Origin: Candidatus Woesearchaeota archaeon
Lineage (GTDB): Archaea; Nanobdellota; Nanobdellia; Pacearchaeales; GW2011-AR1
DNA length: 64,000 nt
NCBI GenBank assembly: GCA_964530955.1
Contig: CAZHCL010000002.1
Coordinates: forward strand, 7,412 to 71,411
Reading direction: 5' to 3'
In this document: positions 17,914-25,775 of the stretch, one piece after another
How positions within the stretch are numbered: position 1 is the stretch's first letter
How the letters are laid out: each line of letters opens with the position of its first letter
Translations under genes and position numbers: made by a program
The notes under the pieces: model-generated
What the model was told of the DNA's origin: nothing
Database searches by the model: none
The model's input: only the letters and a program-made list of their open reading frames with translations

Positions 17914-18207
17914 TTAAATAATATTGTTCTGATTTAGTATACTAGTTACATCGTCGGCAGTTATTCTAGGGTTATACTCTCTAATTTCAGCGATATATTC
18001 TCTTTCACCTTCTCGGCTAGAATCATAAAATTGTCTGCCATTTAGAATCCAAGACCTCCAATATCCACATATGACTCCACCATCATGAAAACCACATGTA
18101 GGCATATTTTGAGCCCAGCCCACTCGGTCCCATAATCTATTCCAATCAGTTCTATCCAGAATCTCCTGTAAATTGACTTCTGCTACCTTCAATAACGTTG
18201 TAGACAT
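17914..18207 (-). CDS. Small W/C-rich protein, paralog B of a tandem pair
   Basis: Same conserved pattern as 17635-17889. The TATA TATTTAAATA lies about 25 nt upstream of the ATG. Confidence 0.6.
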   Translation of the reverse strand: MSTTLLKVAEVNLQEILDRTDWNRLWDRVGWAQNMPTCGFHDGGVICGYWRSWILNGRQFYDSSREGEREYIAEIREYNPRITADDVTSILNQNNII

Positions 18208-18270
18208 AAATAAATATATGCTTGAGAGTATTTAAATAAAATTATTCCAAATCACAATAAAAAGGGGAAA

Positions 18271-18338
18271 GGGGCGTCTTTCAGCCCCCGAATACGTGTG
18301 GCATTCCCTTGCGTGTCATTCGATAATTTATCACCTCC
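18271..18338 (-). other. GC-rich structured element: SD-like GGAGGTGAT, 12-codon micro-ORF, two hairpins, U-tract (candidate small gene, leader or ncRNA)
   Basis: On the minus strand: GGAGGTGAT (18338-18330), ATG at 18319, MTRKGMPHVFGG, TGA at 18283-18281. The stem CGAAT+ACGTGTG / TGCGTGT(C)ATTCG spans 18289-18322. The hairpin GGGGC-N8-GCCCC spans 18271-18288 and is followed by a T-rich run on the minus strand. Confidence 0.3.
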
Positions 18339-18456
18339 ACAGTGAATTGATTTAGTTAATATTTCTAAGAAGAGTGTATATAAATCACTTGAGAAGAAAA
18401 ACTCAGGAGAACTTCTTCATAAGCTTTAAAAACCAATTCGTGCATAAATTATCATA

Positions 18457-19116
18457 ATGAATTACTCATATCTGCTTCCTAACTGGTTCTTTGGTTTTAG
18501 CATCGGAATGGAATTATTATTTGGAATAGTAACCCTTCTTGTTGCCATGTTTGCTTTCAGAATATTTAGTGTAACAAAGGAACGAAAAACAAGACTCTTT
18601 GGAACTTCTTTCCTCTTGATAGGCCTATCGTACATTATTTGGGCAGGGATTAACTTTTGGTTTTCCTACATCGACCCTGAAGGTCTAAGAGAAATTACAA
18701 TAGAAGGCTTAGCACTAATAGGAGTAACAAGTCTTTATGCTTATATGATTCTATTCATAAGCGGCCTTGTAACTCTGGCATACATTGCATGTGACGTTAA
18801 AAAAGGAAAAGTTTACTATATGCTGATGGGTCTGAGCCTATTAGTAATAGCAGCCAGCTTCTATAAATTAATAAGTTTCAGAATACTCTCAGTATTTTTA
18901 ATCGCCGTAATAGCATATCATTACCTTGAAGAATACCTTAATAACAAAAATAGGAAAACATTCCTTGTTCTCCTTGCGTTCATACTTCTTTTCTTGAGCA
19001 GTTTAGTCTTTGCTTTCTCTTCTGCCTACTATATGGCTTATGTAATTGGACATATATTGGAGTTAGCTGCATATATGCTGATTTTGATAAATCTTATTAA
19101 AAGCGTGAAAAAATGA
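18457..19116 (+). CDS. Integral membrane protein (about 7 TM), hypothetical
   Basis: Multiple hydrophobic helices. ATGA overlap with the downstream wHTH gene. Confidence 0.7.
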   Translation: MNYSYLLPNWFFGFSIGMELLFGIVTLLVAMFAFRIFSVTKERKTRLFGTSFLLIGLSYIIWAGINFWFSYIDPEGLREITIEGLALIGVTSLYAYMILFISGLVTLAYIACDVKKGKVYYMLMGLSLLVIAASFYKLISFRILSVFLIAVIAYHYLEEYLNNKNRKTFLVLLAFILLFLSSLVFAFSSAYYMAYVIGHILELAAYMLILINLIKSVKK

Positions 19117-19406
19117 GCAAAAAGCGAAACAGATTAGAAATAATAAAGGACATACTAGAAGTTATAAAGAATAAAAGCGGCAAAGTCAAACCTACACATA
19201 TACTTTACAAATCAAATCTTTCGCATCAGATGATGGAGCAGTATATGAATGAACTGAAACAAAAACAAATGATTACAGAAGGAAAATTAGGAAATGGAAA
19301 AACATATTTAATAACAAGCAAGGGAATTGATTATTTGAGTAAGTATAGAATGATTTCTGAGTTCACAGCCTCTTTTGGCTTGGGCGAAGAACAGGCTCAA
19401 CAATAA
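19113..19406 (+). CDS. Winged-helix DNA-binding protein (COG3432-like archaeal regulator)
   Basis: RLEIIKDILEVI....KPTHILYKSNLSHQMMEQYMNEL...MI follows the typical pattern of this archaeal wHTH family. Confidence 0.65.
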   Translation: MSKKRNRLEIIKDILEVIKNKSGKVKPTHILYKSNLSHQMMEQYMNELKQKQMITEGKLGNGKTYLITSKGIDYLSKYRMISEFTASFGLGEEQAQQ

Positions 19407-19412
19407 CTAATA

Positions 19413-20732
19413 TTAGTCCTGAGGAACTTTTATAAATTCTTTTGGATGAAACCCTGATTTTCTAAGATCTACCGAATCAACAAAAGATTTGTAAGAGTCT
19501 ACAATGCCATTCAAAGAAAAATATTTTCTGATTTCCCTAACTCTTGCTTGACTTCCAAAGATAGCTCTGCTTACTTCATAGTTAGTTCTCCCTTCAACCT
19601 GAAAATCAGAGTCTATCTGTTTGCCAACGAAATAAAGCAAGGGCGTGCCTCCAAGCTTGAAACCTTGAAATATAGGATCCATCCTCATTTTATGAAGTAT
19701 TGTTCCTAAAGGTTCTCTGCCAACATTGCCGTAAGAGCTCTCCCTCCCAAATATTCCCTTGCAATCACTAAAGTGGACTTCCCCATTATGAAAGACATAG
19801 AAATCAGAGACTGGTTCATGTTCGATAAGAATATCTCCCAGGTCTAATTTTTTCCTAGGCATTATTCTTTCAAACAAAGGCAGATTTGCTGCTCGTCCGT
19901 AGGGTTCAACTTGTCCTATTGAAATTCTCATAGGACTTGGATTATATTCCACAATTTCTCCGTTTGCCAACTTAAACCCTCTTGATGGATAAACATATAC
20001 TGCATCTTCTATTCCCAATTTTCCCATTCTTTCACTTCTTCTTTTTCCAAATGATTCATTTATGGTAAGAATTAGCTCATTAACTCTCCTCACTGTGTCC
20101 TTTATCTCTCCTAACCCTATAAAATTATAATAAACATTCAAACCTAAATCCTCAAATGGGTAAACTACCTTCAGAGCATCATTAATAAACCTGAAATTAT
20201 CTTGTGTTGTAGGATACATTCTTCCGAAACTTATGCAAAGATTGTTTGACTTTCTAGATAAATCAAAACCTTTTTCTTTTAAAAAGTTCACCCAAGCAAG
20301 AGCATCACTATAATTAGAAGCAAAAGTTCCATTTGTAACAACATTAATTTTAATGAATTCTGAATAATTCACCGCGGAAGCCACCGCGTCCCTATTCTCT
20401 TCTCTTAATGGTTCTCCACTGGTTAGACATGCTTTCAATACTCCTGCGTGTATAGCTCCACCCATAGCCCTCTGAATAATATCTGGACTTGGCAATCCTT
20501 TTCTGTCTGGTCCGCATTCATCTAGACAATGAAAACATTTCAAGTTGCAATTTGGTCCCATTTCTAGAAGCATAGTGTATAAATCGTAGTCAAATAACCT
20601 TTTATGAATAAAATCATTCGTTCTTAAATAAGAAGGAGTCTTTCTAGCTTTTTCAACTGCTTTGCAAGTTTCGGTCTCAATCATTTTAGTCTCAGAAGTC
20701 GCTGAGGTCGAATCACCCTCAAAAATAAGCAT
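19413..20732 (-). CDS. Radical SAM domain protein, function unknown
   Basis: GPNCNLKCFHCLDEC contains CxxxCxxC and is followed by TSGEPL (SAM-binding GGE-like). The long C-terminal region has no SPASM-type Cys clusters. Confidence 0.8.
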   Translation of the reverse strand: MLIFEGDSTSATSETKMIETETCKAVEKARKTPSYLRTNDFIHKRLFDYDLYTMLLEMGPNCNLKCFHCLDECGPDRKGLPSPDIIQRAMGGAIHAGVLKACLTSGEPLREENRDAVASAVNYSEFIKINVVTNGTFASNYSDALAWVNFLKEKGFDLSRKSNNLCISFGRMYPTTQDNFRFINDALKVVYPFEDLGLNVYYNFIGLGEIKDTVRRVNELILTINESFGKRRSERMGKLGIEDAVYVYPSRGFKLANGEIVEYNPSPMRISIGQVEPYGRAANLPLFERIMPRKKLDLGDILIEHEPVSDFYVFHNGEVHFSDCKGIFGRESSYGNVGREPLGTILHKMRMDPIFQGFKLGGTPLLYFVGKQIDSDFQVEGRTNYEVSRAIFGSQARVREIRKYFSLNGIVDSYKSFVDSVDLRKSGFHPKEFIKVPQD

Positions 20733-20777
20733 AAATTATACTATAAAAACATTTGTTTAACGTTAAAAAGATAAAAA

Positions 20778-20859
20778 CGCTAGCGGCAGGAATTGAACCT
20801 GCATATCCTTGCGGAAACTTGCTCTCCAAGCAAGCGAGCTACCACTGCTCAACGCCAGC
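20778..20859 (-). tRNA. tRNA-Ser (anticodon GGA), type II
   Basis: Manual fold: acceptor GCTGGCG/CGCTAGC (one G-U), anticodon stem CTTGC/GCAAG, loop TTGGAGA, long variable arm, T-loop TTCAATT, discriminator G. Confidence 0.9.
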
Positions 20860-20903
20860 ATATTAAATTAGTCATAAAAAATGATTATAAACCTAACGAT
20901 TAT

Positions 20904-21587
20904 TCAAAAAAGGCTATTAATTACATGCTCATAAATTTCTTCAGAAATATCTTCTCTTTTTCTTAATGAGCTTAATGTTTTATCAGGTGCACAATCCACT
21001 CTAGTCCAATTAAATCTCTCTGAAAGTTCTAAATAAGATTGTTCTGCATTTCTCAAATGAGAGGGATTAGATTCATGCCCATCCGCTTCTCCTACCCTAC
21101 CTTTTCTCAACTCAATAGCAACTTCAAGAGGCATATAAAGAAAGAATACCTTATCTGGTCTGGGAAGTCCAAAATTGCCATATTCTAATTCTTCCAACCA
21201 AGAAACAAAGTTTGACCTTTCATCCTTATCGGCAATTTTTCCTCCCTGATGCCCCATATTAGATTCAACGTATCTATTCAAAAATAAATTATTTCCTTTA
21301 GAGACTATTGCTTCCATATCCTTAATAGAAGCATATCTGTCAACAGCATATAAGCAAGATGCAATTTTCGGATTTACATTATTAGAAGGTCCAAACTCTT
21401 GAGTGTAAGGCTGCTTTCCCAAATATCTCCTAAGAAGATTACCAGTAGGAGTATCATATCTAGGGAAACTCATTACTTCAGAAGAGATACCTTCAGAATT
21501 CAGTCTCGCAACAATAAGATTAGCCTGAGTTTCTTTGCCAGAAGCATCAGTTCCCTCAATAACAAATATTTTTCCCTTTTTTATCAT
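20904..21587 (-). CDS. tmk: Thymidylate (dTMP) kinase
   Basis: FVIEGTDASGKETQ P-loop and SFPRYDTPTGNLLRRYL. ATGA overlap with the DHFR stop. Confidence 0.9.
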   Translation of the reverse strand: MIKKGKIFVIEGTDASGKETQANLIVARLNSEGISSEVMSFPRYDTPTGNLLRRYLGKQPYTQEFGPSNNVNPKIASCLYAVDRYASIKDMEAIVSKGNNLFLNRYVESNMGHQGGKIADKDERSNFVSWLEELEYGNFGLPRPDKVFFLYMPLEVAIELRKGRVGEADGHESNPSHLRNAEQSYLELSERFNWTRVDCAPDKTLSSLRKREDISEEIYEHVINSLF

Positions 21588-22096
21588 GGCCTATTTTTAT
21601 GTACATAAGTGACGAAATCAAAATACTCTTTTCTTTCCCTTGATAATTGAGTCCATTCAGCTCTATCCCAATCTGGGAATAAAGCATCTCCCTCATACTC
21701 TCTATGAACTTCCGTTAATTCCATCAATCCGGCATACTTCAAGCCATCCGCATAAACTTGCTGACCGCCAATTAAGTAAATATCCCTTTCTCCCTCTTGT
21801 CTATAAGCAAGTTCTAATGCATCAATAAGAGAAGGAGCCTTAAGAACACCTTCTGGAACATTATAACTTGCTCTGTTAGTTAAAACAATGTTCAATCTAT
21901 TTTTAAGAGGACCATTTGGAAAAGACTCATAAGTGTTTCTTCCCATTACAACTATATTTCCAGTTGTTAATTCTTTAAAACGCAACATATCAGGTCTAAA
22001 AAGTTCCCTTTCTTGAGGAGAACTCCAAGGCAATTTACCATTTATTCCTATGACTCCATTTTTTGCAACTGCCGCAATTATACTTATTTCTCCCAT
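21584..22096 (-). CDS. folA: Dihydrofolate reductase
   Basis: ISIIAAVAKNGVIGINGKLPW, VVMGRNTYESFP, YLIGGQQVY. Confidence 0.85.
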   Translation of the reverse strand: MGEISIIAAVAKNGVIGINGKLPWSSPQERELFRPDMLRFKELTTGNIVVMGRNTYESFPNGPLKNRLNIVLTNRASYNVPEGVLKAPSLIDALELAYRQEGERDIYLIGGQQVYADGLKYAGLMELTEVHREYEGDALFPDWDRAEWTQLSRERKEYFDFVTYVHKNRP

Positions 22097-22097
22097 T

Positions 22098-23237
22098 TTA
22101 TGCAGCCATTACTGCTCGGCAATCCCATTTAATTGGTTCATATCCTGAAATACTTATTACTTCCTTAGCAGGCATTTCAATCATTTGAAATAAATGCAAA
22201 TCTTTCATTTGAAGATGAGGCAAGCTTCTGGGTTCTTTTGACAACTGCTCCAACACAAAAGGAACATGATCTTTCCTTTCATTACCCTCACTTTCAGCAG
22301 GAGCATGTTTTAGATACCATTCTCTAATATCAAGATAATCCTCAGGTTTTCCAGCCATCTTGACTTTTCTCTGCAGTTTAGATAAATTATCCTCTACTCT
22401 TAAGAAATCTGTTCTTGGAGCAACCCCATTATAAATATGTAAATTGCTATAGGTATGATAAAAACCTAATGGATTTAAACCAGTCTCTCTTGCAATCATA
22501 TTAGTAAATAAAGCATACTGAGCAATATTGAAAGGAACACCCAAAAATAAATCACAAGACCTCTGAAACATATGTGCTTCTAAATCCTTATCCCTAGTAA
22601 CAGTAAAATGTACCATTGGATGGCAGGGTTTTATCGCCATTTCATCAATTTCCGCCACATTCCATGCATTAATAACATGATATCTTGAACCGGGATCTTT
22701 CTTTATTCCAGCTATCACTTTTTTAATCTGATCAACTGTTTCTCCATTATACTTTTTCCAACGTCTCCACTGTTGCCCATAAATAGGACCTAAAGTAGAA
22801 TCGTTCTTGTCAAATCTTTCTTCATGAAATAATTTTTGCTGCGAACCTTTAACTTCTAGCCCAGAATTAAATCTCCTATCATCTTTCATTGCCGATTCAT
22901 AAGTTTCAAAAAGCTGATTCCATAAATGAGTATTCTTTTTTACCTGTTTATTCAGACCCATTCTGTCTAAATAATGCTGAAAAGCATTTCTATTCCAGAT
23001 ATTAACCCCTCTTAAATTCAAGCTATAATCATCCGTTTCTCCCCTAAACATCCAAAATAGTTCTTCTCCTACCCATCTCATCTGAACCGGCTTTGTAGTA
23101 AGTAATGGGAACCCTTGGGAAAAATCAAAATAAGATTGATCACCGCTCTTAACAATCATGAACTGCTCTGTTCTCTCATTATACTGTGGCTTGCCCTCTG
23201 ATAAAACCCTTTTTAATAATCCTAGATATTGTTCCAT
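22098..23237 (-). CDS. thyA: Thymidylate synthase ThyA family, unusually long (about 379 aa) with internal insertions
   Basis: MEQYLGLLKRVL, LGPIYGQQWRRW, AIKPCHPMVHF (catalytic Cys), RSCDLFLGVPFNIAQYALFTNMIA. I prefer the ATG at 23237; the track start at 23249 is TTG. Confidence 0.9.
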   Translation of the reverse strand: MEQYLGLLKRVLSEGKPQYNERTEQFMIVKSGDQSYFDFSQGFPLLTTKPVQMRWVGEELFWMFRGETDDYSLNLRGVNIWNRNAFQHYLDRMGLNKQVKKNTHLWNQLFETYESAMKDDRRFNSGLEVKGSQQKLFHEERFDKNDSTLGPIYGQQWRRWKKYNGETVDQIKKVIAGIKKDPGSRYHVINAWNVAEIDEMAIKPCHPMVHFTVTRDKDLEAHMFQRSCDLFLGVPFNIAQYALFTNMIARETGLNPLGFYHTYSNLHIYNGVAPRTDFLRVEDNLSKLQRKVKMAGKPEDYLDIREWYLKHAPAESEGNERKDHVPFVLEQLSKEPRSLPHLQMKDLHLFQMIEMPAKEVISISGYEPIKWDCRAVMAA

Positions 23238-23285
23238 ATTTAATTCCAAACAAAATGCTATATAAACAAATATATTCTGGAAAAT

Positions 23286-23900
23286 CTATTTCGAAAGTAA
23301 AATCTGCTTGACAACCGGCCAGGCAATTTTGGACCACTCCTCAAGATTATTTTTTGGATCTGCAACTAATTGTTCAAACTCAGGTACAGTATAAAACTTG
23401 CATCCCACCATTTCATCATCGCCCTTTTCTACTTTGCCTGTCGTCTCTACCAAAGCAGCAATACCGAAATGAACCTTTTCAACTTCACCTTTAGTATCAT
23501 CGTTGATATACCCTATTATTCTTGGTTTTTGGGGTCTTTCCATTCTAACTTCCTCCGCCAATTCTCTATCCATTCCAGATTCAATAGGATTGCTTCCATC
23601 CTGTCTTTCAACATGCCCTCCGACCCCTATGCTGATTTTGCTTCTAAGTCTTTCCTCAGAATAACTCTTATCTGCTCTTTTATATGCTAAAATAGTATGG
23701 TCGACAGGATTAATAATCATAACATAAGGGATAATTTGTTTCAAAGATATATCTCTTTCAAGAGCATCTCCTCTCTCGTGATAAGAATAATTTTGTAATA
23801 TCAAAGGAAGATAGTCATATTCTCCAGCACTAAGAAAACCATTAAAACTCCTTTCTCTGAACAAGTCTTCTCTCTTAACAACAAGTGCTTCCTTCGGCAT
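23286..23900 (-). CDS. Nudix-fold phosphoesterase (COG4112/MutT-like)
   Basis: GVGGHVERQDGSNPIESGMDRELAEEV approximates the Nudix box. The N-terminal VVKREDLF..GF region is typical of COG4112-type proteins. Confidence 0.7.
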   Translation of the reverse strand: MPKEALVVKREDLFRERSFNGFLSAGEYDYLPLILQNYSYHERGDALERDISLKQIIPYVMIINPVDHTILAYKRADKSYSEERLRSKISIGVGGHVERQDGSNPIESGMDRELAEEVRMERPQKPRIIGYINDDTKGEVEKVHFGIAALVETTGKVEKGDDEMVGCKFYTVPEFEQLVADPKNNLEEWSKIAWPVVKQILLSK

Positions 23901-23920
23901 CCATAATTCTGTTCGGCAGG

Positions 23921-23930
23921 TTATTTAAAG
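23921..23930. promoter_or_regulatory. Shared TATA element of a bidirectional promoter (TTATTTAAAG)
   Basis: Lies exactly 20 nt from the ATG at 23900 (minus) and 20 nt from the ATG at 23951 (plus), within a 50-bp intergenic region. Confidence 0.45.
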
Positions 23931-23950
23931 ATTTATATTCTAATTAAGAT

Positions 23951-24871
23951 ATGAGTCAAATGTATCAGCAAAAAATGGAAGAAGAGTTCTTTAAATTTAT
24001 TTACAAAAGACAATTAATCTGGTACAAGAGGTTTGTCTTACATGAAAAGCAGCCCTGGACAGAAGATGATGTTCTAGGAAAGTACAAAATAATAAATGTC
24101 TATAGAGAACTAGATAAATGCACGATTTATGCAATTGAAAAGTTTAAAGATATTAAAAACAGAGAAAAACTCTTTCTGAATATTGTTTTTTATAGATTCT
24201 TTAATCAAACAAATTTATATGAAAAGATTGGAATTGAACCTTTTTCAGAAATAGATGATAAATTAAAGGATAAAATAATAGACTCATTTGAAAATCTTAA
24301 AAGAAAAGGATATCCTATTTTCAACAATGCTTATCTAATCTCTTCTGGAACTGCTGGACAAAAGAAGCATGTCAGCATAATTAGTAATCTGCAGAGATTA
24401 AAGTTAAAAGAGCTAGTGGATGAAATAGACAAATGCAAATCTCCAGAAGAATCTCTTGCAATTATCCAAAAAATACCTATGGTTGGACCTTTTCTAGCCT
24501 GCGAAATATGGACTGACCTAACCTATTTCAATTTTTTCAAGCAAGAATGGAATGATAATGATTTTGTAAATGTTGGACCAGGAGCCAAATGGGGATTGGA
24601 AATAATTTTTAACAGTCCTCTTAGCAAAAAAGAGCAAAAAGAGCATCTTTCTAAGTTGTATGAGCTTCAGAAAGATTATCTGAAAAATATAAATGAAAAA
24701 ATTAAGGAACCTTTAAAATGGAAAGATATTGCTTTCAAAAAAGCATATTCAAATTATCCATTTCTTTCTATAACTAACATTGAAGGAGCATTATGTGAAT
24801 TCAGAAAGTATTGGAATATAAGTCACGGAAAAGGAAGAAGAAAGTATTTTCACCCTATAGATTATAAGTAA
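23951..24871 (+). CDS. Alpha-glutamyl/putrescinyl-thymine pyrophosphorylase-like (aGPT-Pplase family; DNA base hypermodification protein-like)
   Basis: The N-terminal FIYKRQLIWYKRFVLHEKQPWTEDDVLGKYKIINVYRELDKCT matches my recollection of the family signature (er..I..rR......PWT.D.iL..y.F.NvyRelDr.T). Not verified by search. Confidence 0.55.
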   Translation: MSQMYQQKMEEEFFKFIYKRQLIWYKRFVLHEKQPWTEDDVLGKYKIINVYRELDKCTIYAIEKFKDIKNREKLFLNIVFYRFFNQTNLYEKIGIEPFSEIDDKLKDKIIDSFENLKRKGYPIFNNAYLISSGTAGQKKHVSIISNLQRLKLKELVDEIDKCKSPEESLAIIQKIPMVGPFLACEIWTDLTYFNFFKQEWNDNDFVNVGPGAKWGLEIIFNSPLSKKEQKEHLSKLYELQKDYLKNINEKIKEPLKWKDIAFKKAYSNYPFLSITNIEGALCEFRKYWNISHGKGRRKYFHPIDYK

Positions 24872-25181
24872 TAGAAGAACTTCTTAGCATCAAATTTTCT
24901 GTAGAAACAGATAATTTAGTTTGTCTCAAATATGCTTCAAATTCTGTAATCGCCTTTGTCTCTACACTTCTTCGAGCCAATTGATCTTGAATAGTCTTGA
25001 CCTTAACCACAAAAGTCAAACCAGAATGATATTTAGTAATCTGAGGAAGAAATGCATTCAAAGCCAAATCAAGATTCAGCATATCTTCCTGAGCGAGAGA
25101 ATAACTTCCTCTTTCAATTGCAGGTTTTACCGTTTCTCTCCAGCCAATTTCTATCTCGGTCAAAACAGCAGATAAATCCAT
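24855..25181 (-). CDS. Hypothetical protein
   Basis: ORF downstream of rps10. Its 3' end overlaps the convergent gene by 17 nt. Confidence 0.45.
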   Translation of the reverse strand: MDLSAVLTEIEIGWRETVKPAIERGSYSLAQEDMLNLDLALNAFLPQITKYHSGLTFVVKVKTIQDQLARRSVETKAITEFEAYLRQTKLSVSTENLMLRSSSITYNL

Positions 25182-25220
25182 AAAAAACCTATAAGAAAAG
25201 CATATTTAACTCTTTCCAAC

Positions 25221-25529
25221 TTAATCTTTCATTTCAATCTTAATCTGAACAGATCTTGGAATCTGAAGCTTCATGATAGGATGCAAAACTCTGTCTTCAG
25301 CAGGTATGTCAATTATCCTTCTATGAACTCTCATCTCAAACCTGTCAAAAGTAGCAGTTCCATTTCCACATGGAGATTTTCTTGTGGTAACTTTAAGATG
25401 CCTTGTTGGAAGTGGAATAGGACCCCTCATTAAAACACCTGCTCTTTCAGTAATTTCTTTTATTGAAGCTATAACTGGATTCAATGCATTTATGTCAATG
25501 CTCCCCAACTTTATTCTTACTTTAGCCAT
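25221..25529 (-). CDS. rps10: 30S ribosomal protein S10 (uS10)
   Basis: VRIKLGSIDINALNPV...MRGPIPLPTRHLKVTTRKSPCGNGTATFDRFEMRVHRRIIDI. Confidence 0.95.
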   Translation of the reverse strand: MAKVRIKLGSIDINALNPVIASIKEITERAGVLMRGPIPLPTRHLKVTTRKSPCGNGTATFDRFEMRVHRRIIDIPAEDRVLHPIMKLQIPRSVQIKIEMKD

Positions 25530-25775
25530 TCTGAATGGAAAGAAAAATGCTTTTTAAACCTTATGTTAAAAATGATTTTCGAGTAATCTTAGATTATTCA
25601 ATTTAAAAACAAAAGATAGTACATAAGATTTAAATAGGCTGTTTGACAATTTTATCCATAGAAAGAAAAGTTAAGAGATTAACTAAATTTCATATTCACG
25701 CCCGTGTGGGGCATAGTTTGTTTGATGACTTTCTTTCTAAAAGAATAAGGAAATAGATTTCCTTTAATACATAAA

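Noticed and set aside
18330-18338. ATCACCTCC on the plus strand, identical to the 16S rRNA 3' end, as an rRNA fragment
   Set aside because: No surrounding sequence resembles 16S helix 45 or the ITS. It is better explained as the complement of a Shine-Dalgarno sequence on the minus strand.
17283-20859. The two tRNA-Ser genes as att sites bracketing an integrated island, since they share the 14-nt GTTTCCGCAAGGAT
   Set aside because: The shared segment is the structural variable arm of type II tRNA-Ser, and both tRNAs are complete. No partial tRNA duplication or integrase lies between them. The island hypothesis stays a low-confidence inference only.
22098-23237. Calling the ThyA homolog a dUMP hydroxymethylase outright
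   Set aside because: It sits 1 nt upstream of a DHFR gene in the same packed minus-strand string. DHFR is needed only if dihydrofolate is produced, that is by true thymidylate synthase chemistry. I therefore kept it as thyA, with the alternative flagged for testing.
25530-25775. Possible C/D-box sRNA or ncRNA in the 246-bp rps10/dnaG spacer (TGATGA at about 25721, TATA-like AGATTTAAATAGG at about 25629)
   Set aside because: I could find no matching D box (CTGA) at an appropriate distance and no terminal stem. This may simply be a long dnaG leader. The evidence is too weak to report as a feature.
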